DNA of 64,000 bases. Source: Octopus sinensis. Lineage: Eukaryota. Both the position numbers and the translations under genes were made by a program. Below, one piece after another: positions 1 through 10,399 of the stretch; the first letter of the stretch is position 1, and every line of letters starts with the position of its first letter. Location of the stretch: the NCBI RefSeq assembly GCF_006345805.1, contig NC_043010.1, forward strand, positions 41,044,001 through 41,108,000, given 5' to 3'. A model generated the notes under the pieces. The model saw only the letters and a list, made by a program, of their open reading frames with translations. It did no database searches and was not told the DNA's origin.

Positions 1-433
1 ATATGTATGTATGTAGTATATACCATATACAATAATATATAATATATATATATATTATGTATGTATATACCATATACAATATATATATATATATATGTAT
101 GTATGTATGTATATACCATATACAATATATATATATATATATGTATGTATGTATATACCATATACAATATTATATATATATATATTATATATATGTATAT
201 ACCATATACAATATATATATATATATATATATATTATGTATATACCATATACAATATATATCTATATATATATGTATATACCAATACAATATATATATAT
301 ATAATATATATATACCATATACATATATATATATATATATTATATATATATATGTATGTAGTATATACCATATACAATATATATATATATATATATATAT
401 CTATATATTATATGTATGTATATACCATATACA

Positions 434-464
<31 letters not shown>

Positions 465-583
465 GTATGTATGTATGTATATACCATATACAACAATATA
501 TATATATATATATGTATGTATATACCATATACAACAATATATATATATATATGTATGTATGTATGTATATACCATATACAACA

Positions 584-627
<44 letters not shown>

Positions 628-689
628 ATACCATATACTACAATATATATATATATATGTATGTATGTATGTATGTACCATATACAACA

Positions 690-721
<32 letters not shown>

Positions 722-764
722 ATATACCATATACAACAATATATATATATGTATATATATATAT
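1..764. repeat. TA-rich minisatellite, ~35-55 bp unit with core GTATATACCATATACAA(CAA)
   Basis: About 16 recurrences of the CCATATACAA core separated by (TA)n/(TATG)n; one further unit at ~1780-1830 on the far side of the HHR element. Confidence 0.95.
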
Positions 765-953
765 ATTATATAATTAGGGCTTAGTAAAATAAATTACTTT
801 GCCACATACTGAACTTTCTAGAAATAGCAGCCAAAAAAGTTTTTTAGTCATTTCCACTACTTAAAGAAAATCTCTCTCAGATAATGTTTACTCAAAATAA
901 CTCACGAATGTATGGAGGTAAAAACAGAAAAATATCACAAGTACAAAGATTAT

Positions 954-1014
954 TTGAGAACGTTAACGTTTCTAGATTAGCCAAATAAACTCAGCATTTC
1001 TTTCGTCAGCTCAA
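954..1014 (-). ncRNA. Type I hammerhead ribozyme (family 1, copy A)
   Basis: Minus strand reads UUGAG-CUGACGA-[30-nt stem II]-GAAAC-GUUAAC-GUU/CUCAA. Stem I UUGAG/CUCAA, self-complementary stem III ACGUUAACGU, predicted cleavage after GUU between 959 and 958. The first stem II pair is an A-A mismatch. Confidence 0.8.
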
Positions 1015-1517
1015 CATTTCTTATTTTGGATTTGGAAGCACTAAAAAGAAAGAACATATCCTTTGGCGACTTATCACCTCAGATGACCCGTTCAGACTGC
1101 CAGTACCAACAAATTCAAAATGTGCAAGCGAAGATTCCCTGCTCTCCCCTTCCACCCACGTGGGTTATCTAGCAAACATTATATTTTAACGGTGAGAACC
1201 GAGGCAATATGACAGAGAGAAATGAATTATAATATCAACAATTGAGGGTAAAATTAATTAGTTATTAATCAATTTCACCAAGTATTCAGTATGTAAAAGG
1301 ACCATTTAAGGCGAATTCAAAATATTACATTATATAATTAGGGCTTAGTAAAATAAATTACTTTGCCACATACTGAACTTTCTAGAAATAGCAGCTAAAA
1401 AAGTTTTTTAGCCATTTCCACTACTTAAAGAAAATTTCTCTCAGATAATGTTTACTCAAAATAACTCACGAAAGTATGGAGATAAAAACAGAAAAATATC
1501 ACAAGTACAAAGATTAT

Positions 1518-1578
1518 TTGAGAACGTTAACGTTTCTAGATTAGCCAAATAAACTCAGCATTTCTTTCGTCAGCTCAA
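1518..1578 (-). ncRNA. Type I hammerhead ribozyme (family 1, copy B)
   Basis: Identical to 954-1014, offset 564 nt. Confidence 0.8.
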
Positions 1579-1871
1579 CATTTCTTATTTTGGATTTGGA
1601 AGCACTAAAAAGAAAGAACATACCCTTTGGCGACTTATCACCTCAGATGACCCGTTCAGACTGCCAGTACCAACAAATTCAAAATGTGCAAGCGAAGATT
1701 CCCTGCTCTCCCCTTCCACCCACGTGAGTTATCTAGCAAACATTATATTTTAACGGTGAGAACCGAGGCAATATGACGTGTGTATGTATGTATGTATATA
1801 CCATATACAACAATATATATATATATATGCATATATTCATACACATTCACATATAACTTTGATCATTTAAC

Positions 1872-2216
1872 CTTTTGCTTGTTTCAGTCATTATACTACG
1901 GCCATGCTGGGGCACAACCATGAGGAATTTTTAGTCGAATGTATTGACCACTAATTTTTAAAGTCTTGTACTTGTTCTAGCGATCTTTTTGCCGTACTGC
2001 TAAGTTACGGGGATGTAAATACACCAGCACCGTTGTCAAGCTGTGGGTGGGGGGAGACAAACACAGAGGCAAAACACACACATAGAAATACATATACATG
2101 CATATATGACGGGTTTCTTTCAGTTTCCGTCAACCAAATCTACTCACAAGGATTTGGTTAGCTCTAGGCTAGATCTGAAGACACTTGCTCAAAGTGCCAC
2201 GCAGTGGAACTGAACC
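1872..2216 (-). mobile_element. tRNA-derived SINE (family B), degenerate
   Basis: Matches intact copies in the window (e.g. 20261-20653): GGTTCAGTTCCACTGCGTGGCAC head, CAGCATGGCC...GACTGAAACAAG tail. Confidence 0.8.
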
Positions 2217-2789
2217 TTACGTCTATATGTAGAAATACATGTTTAAAAGCCTGAAAGAAAAGAACTGAGCGAAAGAAGTCAATAACATCATGTAAAGAGG
2301 AATTATTTGCATTTTTACATATCGGCACTTAAACGACTCGTCACGTTTCCTTCGTTTCAGAATTCCTTAGAGATGCACAGGTTTTGTCTGTGTGTACTTT
2401 CCGTTATTGGTGGAAGGCGTCAACAAAAATGTAGTCCATCCTGTAAGAGATAAATACCTTTTAATATGAAGAGAATTTAAATGCGCGTTGGTATTACTTT
2501 CATGCCTCTGAAAATACAGTGATCTTACAAGCTTGTAAAGCATGCCGCGTACCATGTATTTTCAGACAATCATTCAATCTGAAGCGACAGAAAGTCGTGC
2601 CAAAGCAGCAATAAGAAAGGTCTCGACTTGGTGGTGCAATACTAAAATACAAAACCAAAGAACTGCACGTACGTAAGAAACATAGAGCTGAGCTTAAAAG
2701 TGGAGTGAAAAACATGCAATAACAACTAGACGTAATGGTTTCAAACTTTGGAACTGTCCCAGGAGTTTTTGAAGGGAGAGGAAGGTCTG

Positions 2790-3332
2790 AAATTTGGCGG
2801 GTGGGAATTAGACGATTATATCGACTCCCAATGCTCAACTGGTATTATTTCATAGACCTCGAAAGTATGCAAGACAAAGTCGACCTCGGCGGTATTTGAA
2901 CGCAAAGACAGCCGAAATACCTATTTCTTTATTACCCACAAGGGGCTAAACACAGAGGGGACAAACAAGGACAGACATAGGTATTAAGTCGATTACATCG
3001 ACCCCAATGCGTAACTGGTACTTAATTTATCGACCCCGGAAAGATGAAAGACAAAGTCGATCTCGGCGGAATTTGAACTCACAACGCAACGCAGACGAAA
3101 TACCTATTTCTTTGCTACCCACAAGGGGCTAAACACAGAGAGGACAAACAATGACAGACAAACGGATTAAGTCGATTATATCGACCCCAGTGCGTAACTT
3201 ATTTAATCGACCCCGGAAGGATGAAAGACAAAGTCGACCTCGGCGGAATTTGAACTCAGAACGTAACGGCAGACGAAATACGGCTCCGCATTTCGCCCGG
3301 CGTGCTAACGTTTCTGCCAGCTCGCTGCCTTA
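2790..3332 (-). mobile_element. Head-to-tail trimer of tRNA-derived SINE family A
   Basis: One complete head (GAGCTGGCAGAAACGTTAGC A-box, GAGTTCAAATTCC B-box) followed by two headless bodies joined at GTATTTCG. Confidence 0.85.
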
Positions 3333-4227
3333 TAAAAACTAGAGATAATAATATTGAGAAGAGCATTGTCGCTGTAAGAACGATTACCACCCGTGTCGTT
3401 TTTTCCACTTTACTTCATTTCATTTTAAATGAACACCCTGGTGTATGTAATTTAAAGGCCTTTCAATATAGTGATTTTCTTTGCCCTAGAATACAATCGG
3501 CAAGAAATGGAAACAAAACTGAAAGAAGAAGATCTCATAATAATGGTTTCAAATTTTTTCACGAGAGGAACAATTTTTACGAGGGTGGAGATGAGTCGAT
3601 TACATCGACCCTAGTATTCAATTGGCACTTATTTTATCGACCCCTAAAGGATAAACGGTAAAGTCGACCTTGGCGAAATTTGAAGTCAGAACGTAGCGAA
3701 ATACCGCGAAGCATTTCGCCGTCTTAAGAACATCTCATAATAATGATGTTTATTATAGTATTAGTAATAGTAGTAGTAGTACATTTTTGACAGAAGGGCG
3801 GCGTAGTTTTTAGTAAGACGGTGTTAGTCGATTATATCGACTCGCCATTACTTGGCTGTTGAAGCCATCAATAACAATAAAAGCTTAGGACAACTCATAA
3901 ATCATTTTCTCTATAGTCATTGGATGATTTCGAACAATTTACAAAGCTCAAATCCCCAGCTTGAGAACCTACTAAAAATGTTTATGCATTTAACCAAGAA
4001 ATTAAAATGAGTATGTGACAAAACCAAACATGGGCAAGCTTTCTCGAGGAGGCTCAAAATCAAATGAGTGCACTACTAAAAAAAAAACACAAGTTAATTT
4101 TTTGTTAGACGTACCATTATGAAAGTTCCACAGGCTGCAGTGTGCTCATTACTGGACTAGACAAATGTACCGTAGCTACTTTAAGAAGAGGCAAAATGGT
4201 TTAAAATTGGAACAGTGTCTAGATATT

Positions 4228-4614
4228 CAGGAAGCACTCCGTCGGTTACGACGACGAGGGTTCCGGTTGATCCGATCAACGGAACAGCCTGCTCGTGAAA
4301 TTAACGTGTAAGTGGCTGAGCACTCCGCAGACACGTGTACCCTGAACGTAGTTCTCGGGGATATTCAGCGTGACACAGAGAGTGACTAGGCCGGCCCTTT
4401 GAAATACAGGTACAACAGAAACAGGAAGTAAGAGTGAGAGAAAGTTGTGGTGAAAGAGTACAGCAGGGATCACCACCATCCCTGCCGGAGCCTCGTGAAG
4501 CTTTAGGTGTTTTCGCTCAATAAACACTCACAACGCCCGGTCTGGGAATCGAAACCGCGATCCTACGACCGCGAGTCCGCTGCCCTAACCACTGGGCCAT
4601 TGCGACTCCACATA
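4228..4614 (-). mobile_element. Full-length tRNA-derived SINE (family C) with 10-bp TSD
   Basis: tRNA-like head GCAATGGCCCAGTGGTTAGGGCAGCGGACTCGCGGTCGTAGGATCGCGGTTTCGATTCCC; TSD TCTAGATATT at 4218-4227 and 4615-4624. Confidence 0.9.
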
Positions 4615-5204
4615 TCTAGATATTACAACAGGATTAGAACAGAACCGACCATATAAATAAATAGGATTATATGAACCTGACTTCCTTTCATCTTAGAGAA
4701 ATGAAAATACAAAATGAGAAAAAGTACTTCAGATGGATTGAACTAATAAAATAGGATATGCATCAACATACTGACCTTCTCAGTTATGAACCATAGCTTT
4801 CACAAATGATGCTACGAAGGAACAACAATTGGAAATACAAAAAATACTACAACTAATAACAATGGTTTCAAATTTTGATACAAAGCCCACAAATTAAGAG
4901 AATGTGTAAGTCGATTACATCGACTCCGGTGCTCAATTGGTACTCTTTTTATGGACTCCGGAAGAAGAAAATGTAAAGTTGAACCCGGCGGATTTTGAAC
5001 TCAGAAAGTAAAGATCCGGAACAAATATTGAAAAATATTTTAAACACAAAGTCAGTGAGCAAAGGTATTTGTTCCACTTTGAGTTTTAAATATTCTTTTC
5101 TATTCTAGGAACAAGGCCCGAAATTTTGGGGGAAGGGGTCAAGTCGATTGGATCGACCCAGTACGCAACTGGTACTTAATGTATCAACCCCGAAAGGTCT
5201 TCTC

Positions 5205-5825
5205 ATCACTATCCTGGAAATTAGTTGGAAAGCTCCGAGGAGGAAGACTTCCTGGAAAGTTCCGAGGATGGGGACTAAATTACCTGAGAAGTTCCGGGGG
5301 AAGACTTCCTGGAACTTTTCTATGTTGGCTACGAAATTACCTGGAAAAATTCTAAGTGCGGGGAGGATTTCCTGGAAAGTTCCGAGGAGGGGAAGGAAGA
5401 TTCTTGGAAAGTTCCGAGTGTGGGTGCGAAATTACCTGGAAAAGTCCTAGGTCGGGGGTGGCTTCCTGGAAAATTCTGAGGAGGGAACAAAAACTTCCTG
5501 GAAAGTTCCGGGGTTTGGGACAAAATTACCTGGAAAAGTCCAAGGGCGAGGAAGACTTACTGGAAATTTCAGAGGACGGGGAGGAGTTCCTGGAAAGTTC
5601 CAAGGAAGTGAAGGAACTTCCTGTAAAGTTCGAGTTTGGGACGGGATTACCTGGAAAAGTCCAAGGAGATTACCCGGAAACTATCAAGGCAGGAATTCCT
5701 GGAAAGTTCCGAGGAAGGTGGAACTTCTTAGAAGTCATAGACCTCCTCCCCTTCATTGAAACTTTCCAGGAAGTCCTCCCCTTCCTCTCTTTGAAAGTTC
5801 CACGGGGGTGCACTTCCTGGAAAGT
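5205..5825. repeat. GGAA/TTCC-rich degenerate minisatellite (TTCCTGGAAAGTTCC units)
   Basis: Repeated TTCCTGGAAAGTTCC and AATTACCTGGAAAA units at ~30-60 bp spacing. Confidence 0.85.
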
Positions 5826-5934
5826 TGAAAGGAAAGGTCAATTTGCTATAAATCATAGCAGAAAACTGAAATTGCCCCTTGTAAGGTATTTAAAAAGAGA
5901 TCGGGATAAAAACAAAATCGTTTTAAAGTAAGAT

Positions 5935-6238
5935 AAAAGCAAGTTCTTAACCGCATCAAGCCGAAACTGTCGCTGGAAGCTAGGCTCACCAAGCATAGAT
6001 CGGCATATTTTGGTCATATGCAGAGAAAATCCCTGGAGAATTACATCATGCTCGGAATGATCAGTGGCTAGAGGGGAAGAGGCCGACCAAGAACCCGATG
6101 GCTTGACACCATTAAGAGTGACACGGGAATGGCCATAGCCAATCAGAAAGAAGCAACCCAGGATAGAACAGGCCGGAGAACACTGATCCATCTAGTAACC
6201 GAGAGTCGACTTCGACTGAGCGGATAGATAGATAGATA
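5935..6238 (+). mobile_element. 5'-truncated RTE (BovB-like) LINE 3' end
   Basis: Translates VLNRIKPKLSLEARLTKHRSAYFGHMQRKSLENYIMLGMISG*RGRGRPRTRWLDTIK...QDRTGRRTLIHLVTESRLRLSG, the typical RTE C-terminus; (GATA)n tail. Confidence 0.85.
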
Positions 6239-6309
6239 AAAAGATTAGCTTTAAAAACATCTTTGTTTAAAAAGATTAATCCACATTCCATTTAATTATA
6301 TTATTAGTT

Positions 6310-6525
6310 AAATACTGATTTCAAATGTTGGCACAAGGCCAACAATTTCTTTGTAAGTCGATTTCATCGACCCCAGCACCAAAATGGTACTTATTTTATC
6401 GACTCCAAACAGGATGAAAGGTAAAGTCAACCTCAATGGAATTTGAACTCAGAACATGAAGATGGATGAAATGCCGCTTAGCATTTTGCCCGGGATTCTA
6501 ACGATTCTGCCAGCTCGCCGTCTTA
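6310..6525 (-). mobile_element. SINE family A, diverged
   Basis: GGCGAGCTGGCAGAATCGTTAG head, GAGTTCAAATTCC B-box, GGGGTCGAT body on the minus strand. Confidence 0.75.
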
Positions 6526-7807
6526 AATCACTTCCAAATGTTAAATTGTACAAGTGTTTGAGTTTCAATCATCAATTGACAGTCAAAGGATACAAAAATA
6601 TGCAAACGGCGCTTAACTAATACATCATTACTTAGACATAGTACACTTCGTAATACCAAGGGACCGTATACGGAGTTACACAATCTGCTATAAATTATAG
6701 CAGAAAACTGAAATCGCCCCTTGTAAGATATTTAAAAAGAGATCGGGATAAGTTAGTCCTAGATGCACTAGTCCTAAAAAATACCACCGGATAAGCTCAA
6801 CTAGGAATACTTTTGATCATATTAAGGACAAGAATAACTTAAGGCTAAACGGCAACGATATAAAAAGATAAATCAGAGAATTGATTATAATTCTCCAGAA
6901 AATTCAAATATTGTACTTTACTAGTATTACTTCATCTTCGTTTGACCTTCACATGCAGACGAATCAACTATTTAAAAATTCTCATACAATGTTAACACAT
7001 TCTGTTTTTTTTCTGTAAGTTTGCCTATGAATGATGAAAGTTAAGTTCAAAATTATGCGCATAATATCATTGAGAATTGAGAATCAAGATCTGCTACTTC
7101 TACCATATTCCCAGCAGTGTCAATATTTTCCATACCTTCAGCTAGTTTCAGTAAAAAAAAATCTAAAATATACTAACTTAAGAATTCATCTCTACTAGTC
7201 ATTTGAGAGAAGTGAAATGATTTCAAAGAGAACTGAAGCCATGTTACAATATCAATAAGTATTGATTTTTTTTTTAAACTTGCCCTACTGAACTCCTCAA
7301 CAAGAATTTTAAGTCAATTTCACTGAAATGAATACGCTGAGAGGGAAGTAATTTTGTTAAAGAATACTATTCAATTGAAAACAAGAAATTCCTTGAATCA
7401 AATGAGCCAGACGACCTTATAAGCACGTTCGTCTGCTTAAGTCAAAAAAGATTTTATCTAAAAAGACGTGTCGTCACTTACAGTTGAAAGAAAAATGATT
7501 TTGAGCATATTAAATAAGGACACTTTCTTATGGCTGATAGTTAATGTGAAATGGTTATCTCATTCATAAATTTTATGAAATAATTTTTTTGGTAAAACAT
7601 GAAAGACCTTTTTTTACTTCGCAATCAAATTACCTTTTAACAGGAAATTATTCAACTACCGAATAGTTTTTTTTTTATCTAAAAATCATGAGATACTTTG
7701 AAAAACCTTTCGATCTTTTCTGTTACCTTTCGTTAAAAATTAAAATTCAAAACTACAGAAATTTCTTATAGAGATTCTTGCTAAATTAAAAATCCGTTAT
7801 ATATAAA

Positions 7808-8038
7808 GGAGTGGCTATTTGGTAAGTAGCTTGCTTACCAACCACATGATTCAGGGTTCATTCCCACTGCGTGGCACCTTGGGCAAGTGTCTTATACTAT
7901 AGCCTCGGGCCGACCAAAGCCTTGTGAGTGGATTTGGTAGACAGAAACTGAAAGAATCCCGTCGTATATATGTATATATGTGTGTGTGTGTATGTGTGTG
8001 TATGTGAGTGTGTGTGTGTGTGTATGTTTGTGTGTATG

Positions 8039-8085
<47 letters not shown>

Positions 8086-8284
8086 TTGTGTGTATGTGTT
8101 TGTTCTCCCAACATCGCTTGAGAACTGATGGTGGTGTGTTTACGTCCCCGTAACTTAACGGTTCAGCAAAAGAGACTGATAGAATAAGTACGAGGCTTAC
8201 AAAGAATAAGTCCTGTGGTCGATTTGCTCGACTAAAGGCGGTGCTCCAGCATGGCTGCAGTCAAATGACTAGAACCAGTAAAAG

Positions 8285-8286
<2 letters not shown>
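7808..8286 (+). mobile_element. Full-length SINE family B
   Basis: GGAGTGGCT..TGGTAAGTAGC head, internal (TG)n, GCGGTGCTCCAGCATGGC tail; followed by (TA)n. Confidence 0.9.
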
Positions 8287-8368
<82 letters not shown>

Positions 8369-8535
8369 ATACGAATTAGATGCAGCTGGAGATATATAAA
8401 CAAAGTGGAACACACATACATTAGATGTGTGTTGTTAGTCTGTCGGGCATTTTATCGGCGAAATAGAATACAAACTCAATGCTCTTGGTGTAAAAACACA
8501 TATATATATACACACACACACACACACATATATAT

Positions 8536-8570
<35 letters not shown>

Positions 8571-8619
8571 CACACACATATATATATATATACACATCAT
8601 ATATATATATATACATCTT

Positions 8620-9390
8620 ATATATACTCCAGTTCTTGTAGTGATGATGGTGGAGGATATCGACTCCTTACTTGTTTTTCTAAAATACGCCATAAATGTT
8701 CAATAATATGGAGATCTGGGCATTGTGGTGGCCAGATATGATGTTCAGCTTCACTAGAATGTTCCTTGTGCCATTCAGTAACAACTTTAGCTGTGTGAAG
8801 TGGTGCATTATTATCCTGAAAGATTGCGTTTTCCTCCGGAACCAGTTCCGCAAACATAGGATGAATTTGATCAGATAAAATACTTAAATATTCCTGACTT
8901 TTAATTCTGCCATGAAGGTAAACCATTGGGCCGGCGGATTTCCAAGATATGGTTCCCCATCTACCCCAGATCATCACAGACCCGCAACCATGTTTAACAG
9001 TTGGAAGACGTCAGTCAGGGTCAAATGCTTCTTTTGGATGTCCCCACATGTATACTCGGCCAGTGGTCGGAAATAAAGTAAGGGATGGCTTGTTCGAGAA
9101 AATAACATTCTTCCACTGCTCTAGGGACCAATTCTGTAGGTTTTTTTACTCCACTCTAAACGCTTCGCAACATTTGCTTTCGAAAGCACCAATAATTTGA
9201 CCGCTTTGAAAGTCCAGTAGATCTGTCATTTTAATTAATTTTAATTACTTTTTTCTAATGATATAGAAAAAAAAACAATTAAGCAAAACTAATAATAAAT
9301 CAAAGAACAAAAATAAACAAGCCTTAGACAGTTTTATAGATATTTGAAAATTATGATGCTGTATGTTTCCATTATTTTGTCCAATCGCTG
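8620..9390 (-). mobile_element. Tc1-family (DD34E) transposon relic with internal deletion
   Basis: ORF 8618-8977 has FQDNNAPLHT and WPPQCPDLHIIE motifs; upstream KRLEWS...WKNVIFS and KHGCGSVMIW; TA + CAGCGATTGGACAAAATAATGGAAAC TIR at 9362-9392. Confidence 0.85.
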
Positions 9391-9504
9391 TATAAATATG
9401 ATATATCTATGATATGCACACATGATTATATATATATATAAACACACACACACACATATATCAGTACATATACATGTATAATGGTATACATATAAGTAGA
9501 AATA

Positions 9505-9720
9505 TATGATAGAGCGTTCGCTCCTACATGCAAGTTTTTTCTCTCCATGTTTCTCTCCTTGTTTTTTTTTCTGTGTATCTTTCTGTCGAAGAGCGTAGGC
9601 TCGAAACGTAAAAGACTTGTTCTATTTCTATTCCTGAGCGCCATACTAATACATTTGTTTGTTTGTACTCCACCTGCCTTCGTCTTTTGTTTATTTTCGT
9701 AAACCTTCCCGTTATATATA
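9505..9720 (+). mobile_element. Short pLTR-like element with degenerate minimal hammerhead (family 4)
   Basis: 9579-9614 reads CUUU-CUGUCGAA-GAGC-GUAG-GCUC-GAAAC-GUA/AAAG; A6 is replaced by U and there is one extra A; ends in TATATA. Confidence 0.6.
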
Positions 9721-9725
9721 AGTGT

Positions 9726-9816
9726 CCTACGCTGATGAGAAAAGAAGTTGGGTAAGACATGATTATCTAATTCTTATGCTTTCCTAAAACTTAATTTCGA
9801 AACGTACGTCCGTAGG
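9726..9816 (+). ncRNA. Type I hammerhead ribozyme (family 2, copy A)
   Basis: CCUACG-CUGAUGA-[G...C, 60-nt stem II]-GAAAC-GUAC-GUC/CGUAGG. All core nucleotides canonical, 6-bp stem I, palindromic stem III ACGUACGU, predicted cleavage after 9810. Confidence 0.92.
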
Positions 9817-10308
9817 TGACTTAAAATTGTATGATAGATTGCCGTCATTTCATTCTCTCTTACCTGTCTGTGTTTGCCTTTCAAGTGCTGTGTTTTTACT
9901 GAGATCTCCCTTTTAGTAGAAAGAATAGCTATAACTCTTTGACTGCTATTTCTAAATTCGGTGTGTGGTGAGGCAATTCGTTGCTAAACCCTTAATTACT
10001 TAGTATTATTTAAACTTTCCTCGAATGAGGCTTTTACATGCCGAAATTTACTTGGTGTAATTAATGATTATTCCAAATTAATTAATTTCACCCTATATTA
10101 TTACTGATAACCATATTTCATCCCAGTAAATGACCACAGCATCTTGTCTTGGCTACACGCTGGTGGGAAGGGGTTGGTGACACAAACTTTCATTCACACT
10201 TTGAATTTGGTGATACTGGTAACGGCTTTAGCTCGCTCTGATACTGAGTTGAGATGATGCCTTCTAGTATCTCGAAATTTAATATACAATTATTCATAAT
10301 TGTAGTGT

Positions 10309-10399
10309 CCTACGCTGATGAGAAAAGAAGTTGGGTAAGACATGATTATCTAATTCTTATGCTTTCCTAAAACTTAATTTCGAAACGTACGTCCGTAGG
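10309..10399 (+). ncRNA. Type I hammerhead ribozyme (family 2, copy B)
   Basis: Identical to 9726-9816; predicted cleavage after 10393. Confidence 0.92.

Larger units (their letters stand above)
765..1777 (-). mobile_element. Hammerhead-bearing tandem element, family 1 (Penelope pLTR / retrozyme-like), ~1.8 copies of a 564-nt monomer
   Basis: 765-1213 is repeated almost identically at 1329-1777 (offset 564). Each copy has a type I HHR on the minus strand. No ORF. Inserted within a TA-rich minisatellite. Confidence 0.85.

Noticed and set aside
57-784. Long Y/I/C/M-rich ORFs here and at 27798-29468, 51000-51629, 60339-60741 and 63501-63828
   Set aside because: Translations of (TA)n/(CA)n/(TATG)n repeats, which lack stop codons in some frames; no coding signal.
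4540-4614. tRNA-like sequences here and at ~19600-19670 and ~42362-42430
   Set aside because: These are SINE heads continuous with SINE bodies and lack a complete cloverleaf; not tRNA genes.
5356-5931. 191-aa ORF
   Set aside because: Read-through of the GGAA/TTCC minisatellite; repetitive PGKF/WK content and no recognisable domain.
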